DNA from: Podarcis melisellensis
Taxonomy: Eukaryota
Direction: 5' to 3' (one strand)
NCBI GenBank assembly: GCA_964234715.1
Contig: OZ174277.1
Length of the DNA: 64,000 nucleotides
Made by a program: the position numbers and the translations under genes
In this document: in pieces, positions 61,001-64,000 of the stretch
Layout of the letters: every line of letters begins with the position of its first letter
How positions within the stretch are numbered: position 1 is the first letter of the stretch
The notes under the pieces: generated by a model
Seen by the model: only the letters and a program-made list of their open reading frames with translations
Database searches by the model: none
Told to the model about the DNA's origin: nothing

Positions 61001-61919
61001 GCACTCATGCAAGCCTTGCCCACTATATCCCTATGTGCAACTCCCAACCCTACCTGTTGTGTCCATTTTGAAGGTGGGCAGGGAGCTTTTACTTGCATTT
61101 GTTTGAATAGTAGAACACCTCACACAAGTAGAACACCTCATGCAATCACTTTATCAGGGTCCCTGATTGCGCAGACAATTCTACCCTTGCTTGAATAATA
61201 GTATTAGCCCTCTGCAGATCTTCCCTGCTCAGCATGGGGAAGATTGGAGACAGTACATGGGGAAAATGGGGTGGGGCTTGTGTACTTGCTGCTACCCCAA
61301 TCCATGGTCACAGAGTTCATGTGTTCAGGAAAATGCCTAAATGCTATTAGTGGCAAAGGGTGATATTTGAACTAAGTTCCTGATTTGTGGCATGCACCCT
61401 TTGCTATTATACCATGTCACCTCTAATAATAGGAAATTTATACATTTTAAAAAATAGAAATAATGTCTCCAGTCTATTTCCTATGGCTGTTTGAAGGACA
61501 AAATACACGTAGTATTGCAATAGTCTTAAGTATAAAAAAGAGGTCAGCTAAAGATTGTTTACAGAACCATAACTTTAAAAGTATCACATGCTTGAAAGAG
61601 AATATAAAAACAGGTCAAGGTACAAGATGAGAAAGCTGAAATCTTTTTCAATAATAATCCTTCCAAATTAGCATGCCTAGAGTTGAATAAGAGAACATTT
61701 GTATATTAAAACAGTAAACAGATGAACTATAACAGCAAGATATAACTTTAACTAGTTACTAAGGTATCTCAGCTCACAATTCCCCCTTCCCAAAGTGCTT
61801 ATATTGAAGACACTTATACATCCATTCTTAGATCCAGAGCTATTTTTGCCCATAGGTTGTATGCTCATATGGAAGCTTCTATGAGAACATGAGTGGCCAA
61901 GCACAATGCCTACGAAAAA

Positions 61920-62550
61920 CTCACAAGCAGGACCTCAGCACCAGAGCAATCTTCCCTCCTGAAGTTTCCAGCAGTTGGTATTCAGAAGCATAGTGCCGCC
62001 CACTGTGGAGGCAGAGCATAGCTGTGATTGATAGCCTTTACCTCCATGAATTTGTCTAAACCAGGGGTTGGCAAGGTTTACTTCACCTGGGCTCTGTATT
62101 ATGTGCATGTGTGAGCACGTGCACCTGCAATTTCTGGTGTCTGTGCAGACACGATTTCCGGCATCTGCACAGATGCAATTTTCGGCGTCTGCATCTGCGC
62201 ATGCACAGACACAATTTTCGGCGCGGTAGAAGCGAGTCCCTGCACTGCGCAGCACCGGTTTAGTGCTGTGCGTGGGGACTCGCCGAGTGGGCAGCTCGGT
62301 TTGGGGGCCCTTCGGGGGCCAGTTAAACAACCCCCGTGGGCCTCTTGTGGCCCATGGGCCTTAGGTTGCCGACCCCTGGTCTAAACCTCTTTTAAAGTCA
62401 TTCAAGTTGATGGCCAGCACTGCTTTCTGTAAGACTGAATTCCATAGCTTAACTACTCTGTAAAGAAATACTTTATTTTGTTTGTCCTGAACCCTCCAAC
62501 ATTTAGCTTTAGTGGATATCCACAAATTCTAGTGTTACAAAAGAGGGAGA
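61920..62550 (-). mobile_element. Old CR1 3' fragment interrupted by a hAT MITE
   Basis: Reverse complement resembles the 15890-16080 CR1 piece (GAATTCCATAGCTTAACTA; CCTCCATGAATTTGTCTAA). Confidence 0.7.
62062..62378. mobile_element. hAT (Charlie/Buster-type) MITE, 317 bp, CpG-rich
   Basis: Termini CAGGGGTTGGCAA / TTGCCGACCCCTG; exact 8-bp TSD GTCTAAAC (62054-62061, 62379-62386); internal TCTGCRCAGA-like repeats. Confidence 0.92.
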
Positions 62551-62919
62551 GTGGAAGCTTCCATGCGTACAGGAGGCATCCCCACTGCAGATAGTCATCT
62601 GTGAATATGTGAAAGGCAGAATTAGTGTAGTTGTGTATTCTCCCTCATCCTTGTACTTAGCCCCTACTATTAATAGTACTACAGCTGGGGGAGAGGTAAT
62701 TACAATTGCCTATATTCCTACTTTTTTGTTTCTCTCTGACATTTGCTTTATTTCATTTTATTTATTTATTTTATATTCTTGACACAGTTATACAAGCATT
62801 TCTGAAATCATTGTAAAAATAAAGTGTAGGGAAATGGTATATGTTACCTATACCTGCAATGTATCTTAAAAGGTGAGATTTCTAATCTGTATAGATCAGA
62901 ATCTCTGATGTTGTACATA

Positions 62920-63590
62920 TGGTTGGAATCTGTCTGTGTCGAGAGACAATGGAGTGCACCTTTGGGGGGTGAAGTCAAACCACTGCATTAGTGGCACTCA
63001 AGTGATCTGCCTGGGCAGTGTGTATGGAGGACCTGGGCTGCCCAGACGACAAGCCCACCTCTCAGCCTCACTGATGTGGTCCATAGGAAAGCAGTGCAAT
63101 ATGTTTGACACCAGCTTAGCTGCAGGAGTTGCTGGAAGGAGGCATATAAGGTGGCATCCAACCATCTTAGGAACTCTACTCTGGATTTGTGTAGGGTTTA
63201 CTCCTTAGCTTTTTCTTCTCTCAAAGATATCCCACAAGGCAGTGGAGTTTTAGGACCAGAGTTTTCCTTCTTTCCAGGTTGACAACCCCCATCTGCCCCT
63301 CACTTCCCTCTACAGTATGTGCAGAAGCCACCTTCTTGACCGTTATACTCACTACTGGTCTTGTCTGATCAATCCACCAGAGCCTGTCTTCGCATGCAGG
63401 GCAAGTCCCTAACTCACCAAGGATTTGAGACCCATCAGCTACTGGTTTAGCCAGCCAATCAAAGCCATTCTTGGAGTGTGGCTGCTGTGCATGCTGACAG
63501 CCTCTAGGAGCCAAAGGTGGGAGTTGAGTGTGTGGTGGGGACCAAAGGTGGACAAACTACCCCAGAAGGAACACGGTGTGTCCTCCTCCT
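62920..63590 (-). mobile_element. Probable 5' UTR-derived piece of an RTE-like non-LTR element
   Basis: Minus strand reads GGGCAGATGGGG..AGAAGGAAAACTCTGGTCCTAAAACTCCACTGCC, a motif I associate with RTE-type 5' UTRs; higher GC; no ORF recognised. Confidence 0.45.
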
Positions 63591-64000
63591 TATGCTGTAC
63601 ATATACTCAATCATATTTCCCCAGAATATTTGCCATATAGCAAATCAGGTAAGTGACCCATGCAAAGTGTTGCCAATCGCTGGGATCAGGTGACTATCTT
63701 AAGCATCTTCCATGGTCTTACTACAAGAGTGCTTTTAATGCCTGGAATGGAATTTCATATATGCAAGGCATGCATTCTTTGGATGTTGGTGAAGTTCCTC
63801 AAGTTTGTGCTTGGAAATTAACTTTGGGGGCTTGTAAAGCCCACTTATTATTGGTAAGGAAGCCTATACCAAATCCAGAAATTGCAAATATATATTACTT
63901 TGCTTTCTGCAGCTGTTGCTCTGTGGTGGATTTCTTAGCCACACATTTAATAAAGAGCAATAAAGCCATTCTGTCAAAACTCTTGAGGCAGCAAAATTGA

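Overview
Eukaryotic, AT-rich (non-prokaryotic) genomic DNA from a squamate reptile, probably a lacertid lizard, judged from Sauria SINEs with (ACCTTT)n tails, a BovB RTE, CR1/L2/L1 LINEs and hAT and Tc1/mariner MITEs. The window looks intronic or intergenic. I recognise no complete gene, and the long ORFs in the track are mostly decayed retroelement reverse-transcriptase pieces or chance ORFs. There is one 128-N assembly gap and many nested insertions with readable target-site duplications (TSDs). Non-repeat signals of most interest: (1) a minus-strand candidate recursive splice site (polypyrimidine-CAG|GTAAGT) opening a 52-nt exon with its own GTAAGT donor, at 45432-45483; (2) a ~360-bp inversion that splits a Sauria SINE nested in a mariner MITE, with 4-bp inverted microhomology; (3) a 54-bp inverted-repeat pair about 0.9 kb from that exon; (4) two near-perfect hairpins; (5) two full RFX X-box matches; (6) an exon-like island at 6.4-6.9 kb with a polyA signal; (7) a probable solo LTR. 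Repeat family names come from recognition by eye, not from a database search. I found no evidence sufficient to claim a new biological system.
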